NCBI GenBank assembly: GCA_038205015.1
Contig: JBBRCK010000005.1
Coordinates: 1,656-65,655, forward strand
Direction: 5' to 3'
DNA: 64,000 nucleotides
Source of the DNA: Candidatus Levyibacteriota bacterium
GTDB taxonomy: Bacteria; Patescibacteriota; Microgenomatia; Levybacterales; UBA12049
The notes beneath the pieces are model-generated. The model ran no database searches. It worked only from the letters and a program-made list of their open reading frames with translations, and was not told where the DNA came from. The position numbers and the translations under genes were made by a program. This document shows positions 1 through 9,738 of the stretch, piece after piece. Positions within the stretch are counted from its first letter, which is position 1. Every line of letters starts with the position of its first letter.

Positions 1-393
1 GGAATATCAGTATTTTTATTAAAGTTTATTCCTTTGGGAAGAGTAATTGTGGACAAAACAGTTGAAACTCCAGAGCAAACAATATTTAAAGTGTATGAAT
101 GCCAAGGCGAACTGGTAGTAACGATTACAACGCTATAACCATTTAGCGTCTTAGCACTGTCGCATTGAGCCACAGGCTTAACCTGAGAAAAAGCTCTTGA
201 TTTAGCTTGATTTAGAGCGTTAACAAAACTATTATGAGCCTGCTCTAATACTTGGGTTTTACTGTATGTTGAAAAAGAGGCGAGGCCTACCGTTGACAAA
301 ACTCCAATTACTGTAAAAACTATTATTAACTCAAGTAGGGTAAATCCTCGAACATTTGAGGCTTGAGACTTAAGATTTGAGATTAATTTCATG
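1..393 (-). CDS. type IV pilin-like protein, N-terminal part only (gene runs off the window start)
   Basis: Reverse strand from the ATG at ~391-393 reads MKLISNLKSQASNVRGFTLLELIIVFTVIGVLSTVGLASF..., a class III prepilin leader with a G|FTLLE cleavage/methylation motif and hydrophobic helix. There is no stop before position 1, so it is absent from the ORF track. Confidence 0.55.
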
Positions 394-850
394 GATTAAT
401 AACCGTATAATAAATTCCGGAGCTACAACCAACTCCACCAGGTGAAGTATTTGTTCCTTGGGAGTCAGCACTATTTTCTAAACATGCACCCAAAGTATAG
501 GTTGATCCCGTAGAACTATAAAAATAACTTCCTGAATTATAACTTCCACCTGGATCACACGGAATTTTTGACATATAAGTAACTGCTGGACTTCCTGCCT
601 GAAGAGAAGACAAACAGGCCCCTAGCGTTGTTCCAGCTGCTGCTTTATAGGTTCCCTGATCAGATCTATAAATTTCCAAAGCCGACTGAAGTTGTCGCAG
701 ATCTGATTTTCTTTGTGCATCCCTGGCTCTTTGTCTTACTCCGATAAAATTTGCCATTAAAAGTGTTGCTAAAACCCCAATAATCCCAACTACTATAAGT
801 AGCTCTACAAGTGTAAAACCTTTTTGTATGTTAAATTTCTTTCTCTTCAT
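389..850 (-). CDS. type IV pilin (prepilin-type N-terminal cleavage/methylation domain protein)
   Basis: MKRKKFNIQKGFTLVELLIVVGIIGVLA: short basic leader, G|FTLVE motif, hydrophobic alpha1 helix; 153 aa; Ser/Thr/Gly-rich C-terminus with a Cys pair. Sits in an operon with pilB/T/C/D. Confidence 0.78.
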   Translation of the reverse strand: MKRKKFNIQKGFTLVELLIVVGIIGVLATLLMANFIGVRQRARDAQRKSDLRQLQSALEIYRSDQGTYKAAAGTTLGACLSSLQAGSPAVTYMSKIPCDPGGSYNSGSYFYSSTGSTYTLGACLENSADSQGTNTSPGGVGCSSGIYYTVINP

Positions 851-1521
851 GGATTTACGTTTGGACTGGAAACTCCAAAATTACATTTCGCACCACATAA
901 ATTTGCTACCGGGACACTTGAACACTCTTTGTTTACATTCAGACTTCCACAAATTTGCGGATCTGTTCCTCTATTTAGGTTAGCATATAAATAATAAGTT
1001 TGTCTATCTGCCGAAACATAATAAGCATAGTTATGTCCTTTTGTTGGATCACTAGGTAAAACATTCATATATGGCTGCCAGGCACTTCCCCAACCAAGAC
1101 AACCACCTGCGGCACTTTGAATTTGATACGTTGCCGCGCACTTTAAAGGATATTTACCATAATCCTGATAATAAGTTTCCAAACCCTTTTGGACTTGAGA
1201 CAAATCCGACTTAATTTTTGCGTCGGAGGCTTTTTTAAACTGGGTCAGGGGATCTAAAACGGCAATCGCCCCCATTGATAGTACAGACAGTATTGCGATA
1301 ACTATTATTAATTCTATTAATGTAAAACCAGAAGCATTGCCTACAATCCTAGGAATTTTGCGACCTGAAGATAAATTAAATTTCCCCAGAAAAGACTGAT
1401 TAAAGCCGCCACGATTAAGAATGGTCCAAAAGGAAGACTGTCCTTTAAATAATCCTTTTTTCTCCATAAAACTAGTATGATAGAAGCTATTGCTCCTGTC
1501 AAGAAAGCGATATAAAAACAA
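847..1521 (-). CDS. type IV pilin/pseudopilin-like protein (true start uncertain)
   Basis: Contains ...GNASGFTLIELIIVIAILSVLSMGAIAV prepilin motif and a Cys-rich C-terminal domain. The longest ORF overlaps the pilD 3' end by ~180 nt in another frame, so the real start is probably an internal or non-ATG codon near 1370-1400. Confidence 0.6.
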   Translation of the reverse strand: MFLYRFLDRSNSFYHTSFMEKKGLFKGQSSFWTILNRGGFNQSFLGKFNLSSGRKIPRIVGNASGFTLIELIIVIAILSVLSMGAIAVLDPLTQFKKASDAKIKSDLSQVQKGLETYYQDYGKYPLKCAATYQIQSAAGGCLGWGSAWQPYMNVLPSDPTKGHNYAYYVSADRQTYYLYANLNRGTDPQICGSLNVNKECSSVPVANLCGAKCNFGVSSPNVNP

Positions 1522-2147
1522 ACAATTATAGCTGGAAAACCAAGAATTAACCCTAAAAGAAATGATAATTTTATATCTCCACCGCCCATCCCTTGTTTTT
1601 TGGTTAAAACGTAAAACCCAACCGATATTAAAACAAAAAATGCAAAGCTTATGACTCCAGACAGGAAATGATTAAGAAAATCTTGGCTTTGAAAAATTAA
1701 TAGATAAATTAGGCTTAAAACAATACCTGCTAAAGTGATTTTATCTGCAAGAATTCCAAATTTTATATCCTGAAAAAATAACACAATAAATGCCGAAACA
1801 ATTGCTAAATAATAAATCAAAATGATTAGCGATTGGGGATTAAGATTTGCAAATTCATTGGAAATTGTAAATATGTAAGTTAAAATAAACAATGTTCCTG
1901 TTGAAATCTCAATAACCGGATAAAATATTGAAAGCTTAGCGTGACAATACCTGCATTTACCCTTAAGCATTAAATAGGATACAACCGGAATTAAATCTAA
2001 AGCTCCTAACTCTTTCTTACACTTATCACAACGAGACCTATCCTTAACTACGGTTTCATTTTTAGGAATACGGTCAACTAAAACATTTAAAAAAGAACCT
2101 AAAAATAAACCAAGAATGAAAATTAGAAATATGTTGATGAGGATCAC
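1341..2147 (-). CDS. pilD: prepilin peptidase (A24 family)
   Basis: N-terminal CxxC...CxxC zinc motif (CDKCKKEL...CRYCHAKL), polytopic membrane protein, GGGDIKL catalytic-Asp region typical of A24 prepilin peptidases. Confidence 0.85.
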   Translation of the reverse strand: MILINIFLIFILGLFLGSFLNVLVDRIPKNETVVKDRSRCDKCKKELGALDLIPVVSYLMLKGKCRYCHAKLSIFYPVIEISTGTLFILTYIFTISNEFANLNPQSLIILIYYLAIVSAFIVLFFQDIKFGILADKITLAGIVLSLIYLLIFQSQDFLNHFLSGVISFAFFVLISVGFYVLTKKQGMGGGDIKLSFLLGLILGFPAIIVCFYIAFLTGAIASIILVLWRKKDYLKDSLPFGPFLIVAALISLFWGNLIYLQVAKFLGL

Positions 2148-2151
2148 CTAC

Positions 2152-2742
2152 TTATCTTGTGCACCAGTAGCATGATGTTGGGTTGGCATCTTTATGAGCA
2201 GTGGTATCGCATAACACTCCAGCGTCTACTCCGGCAACAGTGTAATGGGTATTTGCATTGTGAAGGATTGATTTTGACGATGGATTAAAACATCCAACTG
2301 TCTGATTATTTGCCACTTCTTGGGTAATAAAGATGTATTTTAAATTATTAGATGTAGCAAACGCCTGTTTTAATTCATTATCTCCTATAAGCGCTGTTGT
2401 ACAATCATTCATAGCGCCTGTTGAAAGAAGTGATACATCTCCTGTTGGTACCGCACCAGCATGGCAATTTGCTCCGCCGTTTGCAACCGTATCCCATGGA
2501 TAAGCAGAATGAGTTGTGTAATATCTGGTAGTTGCGTTAAGCCATTCAACCAAAGCATTAGTGGTATTAGTATCTTGTGCTTTTTTGAGTTGTTCAAATG
2601 GATCGATGGTTGCAACAAGTGCTGCTGCCAAAACTCCGAGGATTCCAATAACGACTAAAAGTTCAATTAAAGTAAAACCTGACTTTATATTTTTTCTAAG
2701 GTTTTTGAAATATGTTTTCATGTACTTATTAATAATAGTCAT
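2152..2742 (-). CDS. type IV pilin (prepilin N-terminal domain), Cys-rich C-terminus
   Basis: ...RKNIKSGFTLIELLVVIGILGVLAAALVA prepilin motif; probable start at the second Met (MKTYFKNLRKNIKSG|F). 8 Cys in the C-terminal domain. Confidence 0.75.
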   Translation of the reverse strand: MTIINKYMKTYFKNLRKNIKSGFTLIELLVVIGILGVLAAALVATIDPFEQLKKAQDTNTTNALVEWLNATTRYYTTHSAYPWDTVANGGANCHAGAVPTGDVSLLSTGAMNDCTTALIGDNELKQAFATSNNLKYIFITQEVANNQTVGCFNPSSKSILHNANTHYTVAGVDAGVLCDTTAHKDANPTSCYWCTR

Positions 2743-2782
2743 AATAAAAAGTTCTTGTCAATAGGCATTTTGAAGCTAGTTT

Positions 2783-3994
2783 TTAATTAATACTCGAAAT
2801 TAAACTATAAATTGGAGTAATAACTGAGATTATTAAAAAGGCAACGCCGATACCTAAAATTATCATAATAAAAGGTTCCATTGCTGTTGTTAAAGTTTTT
2901 ACTGTTTCGTCAACCTCTCTCTCAAAGTATTCTGACGCTTTTCCTAAGGTTTCATCTATTTTTCCTGTTTGTTCACCAACTTTTACCAGCTGAATTAAAA
3001 GCGGCGGGAAAATAGGATAATAACTCATTGCATCGCCAATTGTGACACCTTTTTCGACTTGTTTTGAAATATCTATTATTGCATTTTTAAAAATTACGTT
3101 TCCTGTGGTATCGGCTGTTTCGACCAAAGATTCAACTACTAGGGTACCAGTTCCAACCAGCAAGCCAAAAGTTCTTGCAAATTCGGCTAAAATTGTTTTT
3201 GAAATAAGTTTTCCAAAAACAGGAGTCCTTAAAAGAGTAGCGTCGATTATTGCTTCACCTTTTTCCGTTTTAGCCCATTTCCTATAACCAAAAATACTAA
3301 GTCCTATTGCCCCCAGCACAAGTGGCCAAAAACCAATCATAAAATTAGAAAGTCCAACCAGAATTTGAGTCGGTAAGGGAAGTGGAACATTAAGATTTAC
3401 ATATAATAAAGTTAATTGGGGAATAACAAAAATCATCATAATTGACATAATTACCACCATTAAAATTACAACTATTACCGGATACATTAAAGCTCCTTTA
3501 ATGGTACCTTTTAGCTTGGCTTGTTTTTCTAAATTATCTGCCAAACGCGATAAAACCTTATCCAAAAGTCCCGATATCTCACCGGCTTTAATAATAGAAA
3601 TAAAAATGGGGGTAAAAACTTTTGGATGTTTTTCAAGAGCCTGAGAAAATGTTTTTCCCTCCTGAATATCGTTAATAACCGTAGTCACTACCTCTGCCAT
3701 AAAAGGATTTTGCATCTGCTCTTTCAAAATCTCTAAAGCCCTCATTAAAGTAAGACCCGAAGCAAGCATTGAGGATAATTGTCGGGTAAAAAGTACTAAA
3801 TCGTTTTGCTTAACTTTCTTTAAAAACGGAAGATTTGACCAAGGCTTATTATTTGCGGTTACGATTTGAACAGGAATAAGTTCTTTACCTCTTAAGTAAT
3901 CTGCCGCCACCTCGATATCTTTTGCATCTAAAAGTCCTTGTACTAATTTTCCGTCTTTGGACACAGCCTTGTATCTTAATTGCATATTATCCAA
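2783..3994 (-). CDS. pilC: type IV pilus assembly platform protein PilC (GspF family)
   Basis: 403 aa, two GspF-like repeats each with TM segments (..LASGLTLMRALEIL.. / ..TFGLLVGTGTLVVESL..). Located between pilT and the pilins. Confidence 0.85.
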   Translation of the reverse strand: MDNMQLRYKAVSKDGKLVQGLLDAKDIEVAADYLRGKELIPVQIVTANNKPWSNLPFLKKVKQNDLVLFTRQLSSMLASGLTLMRALEILKEQMQNPFMAEVVTTVINDIQEGKTFSQALEKHPKVFTPIFISIIKAGEISGLLDKVLSRLADNLEKQAKLKGTIKGALMYPVIVVILMVVIMSIMMIFVIPQLTLLYVNLNVPLPLPTQILVGLSNFMIGFWPLVLGAIGLSIFGYRKWAKTEKGEAIIDATLLRTPVFGKLISKTILAEFARTFGLLVGTGTLVVESLVETADTTGNVIFKNAIIDISKQVEKGVTIGDAMSYYPIFPPLLIQLVKVGEQTGKIDETLGKASEYFEREVDETVKTLTTAMEPFIMIILGIGVAFLIISVITPIYSLISSIN

Positions 3995-5054
3995 CCATTC
4001 TTAATAATTCATCCGGTCTAAGGGCGTATGATTTTGCAGTTTCCAAACTAATGGTTCCTGCCAAAACCAAAGAAGCAAGGGAAGATTCTAAAGTTATCAT
4101 TCCCGCGTCCTGAGAAGTTTGAATAATCGAATCTATTAAATGAGTTTTTCCCTCCCTAATATTGGTAGCTATGGCAGAAGTACCGGTTAGAACTTCAACT
4201 CCCGGAACTCTTCCTCCGTCAATTTTTGGAATAAGACGTTGAGAAACAACACCTTTTAATGTAGCTGCAAGCTGGCTTCTAACCTGGGTCTGCTGGGAAG
4301 CGGGGAATGAATCGATGATTCTGTCAATTGTTTGGGACGCTGAATTTGTATGAAGAGTTGAAAAAACTAAATGGCCGGTTTCGGCAATCGTTAAAGCGGC
4401 TGCAATTGTTTCGGGATCTCTCATTTCTCCGATCAAAACAACATCCGGATCTTCTCTTAAAGCACTTTTTAAAGCTAAAGACCATGAATGAGTATCAATA
4501 TCCATTTCACGTTGGGAAATCATACTTTTTCCACCCGGATAAACGTATTCAATCGGGTCTTCAATGGTTAAAATATGTACTGCGTTATTCAAATTAATTT
4601 CGTTCATTATTGCTGCAATGGTGGTAGATTTTCCCTGACCGGTTGGTCCGGTTACCAAAATAAAACCTTGTTTTAAAGCTGAAAAACTGTGTAAAATTCT
4701 AGGAAGTTTTAATTCTTCAATTGTTCTAATAATCGGCTGCAAAAATCTAAAGGCAGCCGAAAGCGCACCTCTTTGATAATAAATATTTGACCTAAATCTT
4801 CCAAGCTCTCCGTAAGAACCCCCGCCGAATCCAAAAGAAAAATCGATTTCTTTATTATTGATTAGCATTTCTTTTTGGTCGGGTTTTAAAATTCCAAAAA
4901 TCATTTCTTCCATAATCTGAGACGTTAAAGGAGGATAGTTAGACATGTATCTTAAATTTCCATCAATTCTTACTGCCGGAGGAACACCGGGTAAGAGATG
5001 CAAATCGGATGCATTATTTTTTATTGTTAAATCTAAAAGTTCGTGTATCGTCAT
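3987..5054 (-). CDS. pilT: twitching-motility/retraction ATPase PilT
   Basis: 355 aa; ASDLHL...PPAVRIDG N-terminus, Walker A GPTGQGKST, HILTIEDPIEY, GEMRD, TGHLVFSTLHT motifs of PilT-type hexameric ATPases. Confidence 0.85.
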   Translation of the reverse strand: MTIHELLDLTIKNNASDLHLLPGVPPAVRIDGNLRYMSNYPPLTSQIMEEMIFGILKPDQKEMLINNKEIDFSFGFGGGSYGELGRFRSNIYYQRGALSAAFRFLQPIIRTIEELKLPRILHSFSALKQGFILVTGPTGQGKSTTIAAIMNEINLNNAVHILTIEDPIEYVYPGGKSMISQREMDIDTHSWSLALKSALREDPDVVLIGEMRDPETIAAALTIAETGHLVFSTLHTNSASQTIDRIIDSFPASQQTQVRSQLAATLKGVVSQRLIPKIDGGRVPGVEVLTGTSAIATNIREGKTHLIDSIIQTSQDAGMITLESSLASLVLAGTISLETAKSYALRPDELLRMVG

Positions 5055-5059
5055 ATTCT

Positions 5060-6799
5060 TTATTCTTGAGCTACTCTAAGTACTTCTTCAACGGTTGTTG
5101 TCCCGGCGAGTACTTTTAAGTAACCATCCTGTTTCATGGTTATCATTCCCTCGGCAACTGCTTCTTTTTCTATTGTACCTGAATCGGCATGCTGCAATAC
5201 AAGACCCGCAATTTTTTCCGTAATCGTCAAGGTTTCAAAAATTCCTACTCTCCCCAGATATCCGGATTGACCACACTGGTCACAGCCTTTGCCTTTATAA
5301 AATTTTATTTCTTTTTGATCTAATGGGAAATATTTTCCTAAAACAACTTTCATTTCATCAACAATCTGTTGCGGGGGGACATAATCCACTTTGCATGTCT
5401 TGCAAATTTGCCTGACAATTCTTTGTCCTAAAACCGCATTCATCGTTGAAGCCAGTAAAAATGTTTCTGCCCCTAAATCCAAAAGCCTAGGAAGCGCTCC
5501 TGTAGCATTGGACGTATGAAGCGTTGAAAAAACCAAATGGCCGGTTAAAGCTGCTTGAATTGCCAACTCGGTTGTTTCTTTGTCACGTATTTCTCCTACA
5601 AGGATAATGTTAGGATCTTGCCTTAAAAACGACCTTAATCCTTCGGCAAAAGTTAAGCCAACGGCCGGATTTACCTGAACCTGATTAATTCCCGGCATCT
5701 GATACTCAATAGGATCTTCCAACGTTGAAATATTAACCCTGGTCGTGTTTAGTTTATTCAAAACCGAATATAAAGTAGTAGTCTTACCCGAACCGGTTGG
5801 TCCTACTACTATAATAATACCGTGAGGTCTAAGCATTGCTGTTTCTAAATTTCGAAGTGACGAACCGTTTAATCCAAGCTCTTCCAAAGAGGGGACACCG
5901 CCCGATTTTCGAAGAAGCCTCATTACGATTTTCTCGCCAAATGAAGTTGGCAAAACAGAAATTCTAAGATCGACCTCTTTATCTTCGACTTTAAAATTAA
6001 AACGCCCATCCTGTGGAGTACGGTGTTCATCGATTTTCATTTCGGCTAAAATTTTGATTCTTGAAATTACCGCTTCCTGGACGCTTTTAGGAAGCGAAAG
6101 CCTATCGTATAAAATTCCGTCAATTCTGTATCTAACCCTTACTCTATCCTCTTGCGGTTCAATGTGAACATCGGAAGCCCTGCTGGTTACGGCATATTCC
6201 AAAATTGTTGAAACTATTTTTGCAATTGGAGCTTCTTTAATAATCTGGGCAATCTGATTAGTGTCAATGGTTTTAATTTTCCCCCTATCTTCGGTTTCTT
6301 TTATTGCAGCTCCGACTTCTCCTACCAATTCCTGCCTATACTGCTCACTAATTGCTTTATCTACTTCAGTTTTAGAAGATGCAAAAGCCTTTATGGTAAG
6401 ATTTGTTTTTTCTCTTACAAAAGTTATTGAATCTAAATCTACAGGATTACTCATCGCAATCGAAAGAGATTGATTTTTATCATCATAAGCAAAAGGAATA
6501 AGCGAGAATCTTTCGGCAACTGCTCTTGGAACAAAACTTAAAGCTTCGGGAGAAAAAGAGGCAGTTTCTAAATCAACATAGGGAATATCCCAAAGCTTGG
6601 CCTTTGCCCGGGAAACCTTTTCGTCCGAAACAATTGCCAAAGCCTCAAGTATTGATTCTTCGGGCACTCCTTTACTTGCGCTTTTTACTTTAATATCATC
6701 GTATTGCTCTTGTGTTAAGAGCTTATCGGCAAATAAAATGTCAGCAAGACTTTGATTTTCGGATTGTTCTTGAATTTGTGTAGTAGTTAAATCGGGCAT
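5060..6799 (-). CDS. pilB: type IV pilus assembly ATPase PilB (GspE family)
   Basis: 579 aa; Walker A GPTGSGKTTT, GEIRD, TGHLVFSTLHT, C-terminal tetracysteine zinc motif CKTCK...CDQCGQSGY typical of PilB/GspE. Confidence 0.9.
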   Translation of the reverse strand: MPDLTTTQIQEQSENQSLADILFADKLLTQEQYDDIKVKSASKGVPEESILEALAIVSDEKVSRAKAKLWDIPYVDLETASFSPEALSFVPRAVAERFSLIPFAYDDKNQSLSIAMSNPVDLDSITFVREKTNLTIKAFASSKTEVDKAISEQYRQELVGEVGAAIKETEDRGKIKTIDTNQIAQIIKEAPIAKIVSTILEYAVTSRASDVHIEPQEDRVRVRYRIDGILYDRLSLPKSVQEAVISRIKILAEMKIDEHRTPQDGRFNFKVEDKEVDLRISVLPTSFGEKIVMRLLRKSGGVPSLEELGLNGSSLRNLETAMLRPHGIIIVVGPTGSGKTTTLYSVLNKLNTTRVNISTLEDPIEYQMPGINQVQVNPAVGLTFAEGLRSFLRQDPNIILVGEIRDKETTELAIQAALTGHLVFSTLHTSNATGALPRLLDLGAETFLLASTMNAVLGQRIVRQICKTCKVDYVPPQQIVDEMKVVLGKYFPLDQKEIKFYKGKGCDQCGQSGYLGRVGIFETLTITEKIAGLVLQHADSGTIEKEAVAEGMITMKQDGYLKVLAGTTTVEEVLRVAQE

Positions 6800-6844
6800 T
6801 ACTATTATAGTAGAAAAAAATGTGGTATAAAGTCAATTAGTTTT

Positions 6845-7501
6845 ATGCAAAGTGCGATAATCGTAGGCCTAGAAGAGAAGGCAAAAGAAAGGGTTTGGGA
6901 AATTGCCAAAGACAATAATGTCTCCAAATTTGACGTAGAAATTTTGGAAACCGAAAAAGCTCTAGGGATTCCCGATGTCAGATTATTACAAAAAAGGGTT
7001 TTTCTAAAACCTTTAAAAGGGGATAAAAAAATGATTGTAATAGAAGCTTTTTTTGGAGCAACACCGGAAGCACAAAATTCACTTTTAAAAGTCTTGGAAG
7101 AGCCACCAATTAGCACAATAATGATTATTCTTGCTAAAACAACCGACTTTTTACTTCCTACAATTCTTTCCAGATGTACAATTTTAGAAATTACAAAAAA
7201 GAAAAAATTAACAGACGAAGATTTAGAAAAAAACTTAAATATTCTAAAACAGATTAAACAAAATAAAGTTGGAAAAGGTTTTTTGTATGCGCAAAATAAT
7301 GGAAAGAGCAGGGAGGAAGCATTAGTTTTTATAGAAGATTTAATTGTTTCACTACATTCAACAATTACTAAAACAAACAATGATTTTTCTCTGAAAGAAA
7401 TTCAGAAGATGTTAAAAGAGTTACAAAAATTTCGTAAAATTATCAAAACAACCAATATAAATATTAGGTTTACTTTAGAAAATTTATTTTTGAATTTTTA
7501 A
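6845..7501 (+). CDS. holB: DNA polymerase III delta-prime subunit-like clamp-loader protein (short form)
   Basis: LLKVLEEPP box and sensor-1 SRC motif (TILSRCTIL) of clamp-loader AAA+ subunits. The P-loop region is degenerate or absent, as in delta-prime. Confidence 0.6.
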   Translation: MQSAIIVGLEEKAKERVWEIAKDNNVSKFDVEILETEKALGIPDVRLLQKRVFLKPLKGDKKMIVIEAFFGATPEAQNSLLKVLEEPPISTIMIILAKTTDFLLPTILSRCTILEITKKKKLTDEDLEKNLNILKQIKQNKVGKGFLYAQNNGKSREEALVFIEDLIVSLHSTITKTNNDFSLKEIQKMLKELQKFRKIIKTTNINIRFTLENLFLNF

Positions 7502-8725
7502 ATGAATCAGGAAAACAATCTTAGATTATTGGCCAAAATATCACTGATAGTTTTTGCGTATATTTTAATTTACTTTTTCTATAATGGTTTTCTTGTAAAA
7601 ATATACGAAGGAGACAGTCTAAATTATCACATTCCCATTGCCAAAGCTTTTTTAAATGGAACCATAATCAACCCGGTCCATATTAACGGAAATAGTTTTT
7701 TAAGATATTATCCTGGCTCATCCGAGGGAATTTTGGCAGCATTGATTTTGATTGGACTGCCGATGAGCATTTTCAACGTACTTGCAGCTATTTTTCTTTT
7801 TATCGTGCTTATTTATTCAGGAAAGAAATTTGAATTAAATAACTACTTATCAATTATTTTTGCTTCAAGTATTGTTACGCTACATACTATTATTAGATGG
7901 ATTAATACACAAGTAATCGACTCTTGGATCGTGGCATTTTTTATGCTGACTTTGGCCCTTTTACAAAAACCGGAAAAGAAAATAAGTTATTTTTTACTGC
8001 TTGGCTTATCTTCCGGAATGTTAATTGGCACGAAGTATACCGGCTTAATTTATTTAATTGTTTTACTTATTTTTCATTTCCAAAAACTTATAAAAGTATT
8101 AAACCTAAAGCAGCTTTTATATTTTTTAATTCCATTCACAATCTTGGGGCTTATTTGGTATTTTAGGAACTTAATTGTAATTAATAACCCTCTATATCCT
8201 TTTCCATTTTTATTCTTTAAGGGGGTACATATGGATTTTCAAAGCAATAACGTTTTAAGAGCTTTTTTCTACCCGGATGGAATTGTCAGGTTTTTAAATG
8301 GAGCACTTAGCGAATACGGACTATGGATAATTTCACTTTTTGCCCCGCTTTTATTTCTATTTAAGAAATTTAGACATGATAAAAATTTGTCAAAGGCAAG
8401 AATGTTAATTTTTATCGCAATAATAAATTTTGGGGTGTTTTTATTTCTTCCTTCGGACAAGTACTATCATATTGTAGTTTCTGTTTTTAGATATAGCTAT
8501 CCCGTATTTGTACTGGTAATTCTAAGCTTTTTCGTAATTGCTCAAAAATTAAAAAAAGATTTATTAATTGCATTTTTAGCTCTTACCGGATTAATAATTA
8601 TTCCCGAAATTAGATTACTGCCAAAACTTATGTTTATATTTATACCGGTTGCCATTGGTATATTTTATTTTGAAGAAATTTATTCTTTTATGAAAAATAA
8701 AGTGCGTTTAAAAGGTGGAAAATAA
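7502..8725 (+). CDS. polytopic membrane protein, GT-C-like (ArnT/PMT-type) glycosyltransferase candidate
   Basis: 407 aa with >=10 predicted TM helices and an N-terminal loop containing an acidic motif (YEGDSLNYHIP), resembling GT-C lipid-linked-sugar transferases. Adjacent to a DPM1-like GT2. Confidence 0.45.
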   Translation: MNQENNLRLLAKISLIVFAYILIYFFYNGFLVKIYEGDSLNYHIPIAKAFLNGTIINPVHINGNSFLRYYPGSSEGILAALILIGLPMSIFNVLAAIFLFIVLIYSGKKFELNNYLSIIFASSIVTLHTIIRWINTQVIDSWIVAFFMLTLALLQKPEKKISYFLLLGLSSGMLIGTKYTGLIYLIVLLIFHFQKLIKVLNLKQLLYFLIPFTILGLIWYFRNLIVINNPLYPFPFLFFKGVHMDFQSNNVLRAFFYPDGIVRFLNGALSEYGLWIISLFAPLLFLFKKFRHDKNLSKARMLIFIAIINFGVFLFLPSDKYYHIVVSVFRYSYPVFVLVILSFFVIAQKLKKDLLIAFLALTGLIIIPEIRLLPKLMFIFIPVAIGIFYFEEIYSFMKNKVRLKGGK

Positions 8726-9373
8726 ATTTTACTCCGGTGATTGTTTTTAGCTTTGATTTACCCCATTTTCTGGCGTTTTCCCTTGATGGCACCTCAACTA
8801 TTTTTAAACCTTTTTTTAATGCATTAACCACCATTTCTTGTTCTAGTTCATGCCCGTTAGCTTTTAAATTAAGTTTTGATATGGAAGACTTTCTTAAAGC
8901 TCGGAAACCAAAAAGTATGTCACTAAAATTTGAGCTAAATCTTTTATTAAGTAAATAAACCAGAAAATCCGAACCGCTGGACCTAAGAAGCCCTTGGAAA
9001 TCCATTTTTAAATCAAAACTTCCACCGGTTCTTCTTGAGCCGATTACCACATCGGCTTTTTCTTCAAAAAGGGGAGTTAGAATTTTTGGGATGTCTTTAT
9101 AATCTGATGAGCCGTCTGCATCAAAAATTAAAATATACTCATACTTTGCTTTTTTAAAACCCATTCTGACCGCTTCGCCCCGTCCTTTTCCATGATCAAG
9201 TATGTATCTTGCATTAACTTTTTTAGCAATTGCTTTAGTATTATCTTTTGAGTGCCCGTCAATTACAATAATATCGTTTGAATAAGCTTTAATGCTTTTG
9301 AGAACTTTTTCCAAGCCCTCTGCTTCGTCTTTGCAAGGAACAAGAATGCTTACTTTATCTTTGTTATATCTCA
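8688..9373 (-). CDS. family 2 glycosyltransferase (polyprenyl-phosphate sugar synthase, DPM1/GtrB-like)
   Basis: Starting at the internal Met MRYNKDKVSILVPCKDEAEG...IIVIDGHSKDNT...ILIFDADGSSD (DxD), a classic GT2 fold. The upstream part of the 293-aa ORF looks non-coding. Confidence 0.75.
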
Positions 9374-9424
9374 TAATATTTGGGATTATACCACAGGCTT
9401 TTCTTTTAGAATTTGTTTTGCGGA

Positions 9425-9452
9425 TTGACAAATTATTTCCTAACAATATAAT
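9425..9452 (+). promoter_or_regulatory. sigma-70-type promoter TTGACA-N16-TATAAT ending ~10 nt before the ATG of the 9462 ORF (predicts a leaderless mRNA)
   Basis: ggaTTGACAaattatttcctaacaaTATAATaaacttacaATG read directly; no room for a Shine-Dalgarno sequence. Confidence 0.5.
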
Positions 9453-9461
9453 AAACTTACA

Positions 9462-9674
9462 ATGGCAGTAGAAGCACCAGGGCAAAAAGGCTACGTTCCA
9501 ACAAGTATTTGGCCTACGGAAATTTTTCCTGAACCAGGTACGTGCCTCATAAAACCGATGGGTCCTCAAGAAGAAGTAATTGATTTAGGACAACCCGTTA
9601 ATCCCGGACAACTAGACCTTGGATTTACAATTTATCCAAAAATCCCCCAATCCATATTAAGAAAGCTCGTGTAA
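9462..9674 (+). CDS. hypothetical small Pro-rich protein (70 aa)
   Basis: ORF directly downstream of a consensus promoter; no recognisable domain. Confidence 0.35.
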   Translation: MAVEAPGQKGYVPTSIWPTEIFPEPGTCLIKPMGPQEEVIDLGQPVNPGQLDLGFTIYPKIPQSILRKLV

Positions 9675-9738
9675 TCCACTATCACCACATATAATTTTTG
9701 TGTTGACATCTCTATATTTAATATACAATAGTATTCTT

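Noticed and set aside
2409-2764. Three short ORFs (79, 65, 67 aa) nested in or antisense to the 2152-2742 pilin gene
   Set aside because: Entirely contained within a well-supported pilin CDS; no motifs; typical antisense noise.
6805-7380. 191-aa minus-strand ORF overlapping the holB-like gene
   Set aside because: Low-complexity (F/K/S-rich) translation, antisense to an ORF with clear clamp-loader motifs; likely an artefact of the AT-rich antisense strand.
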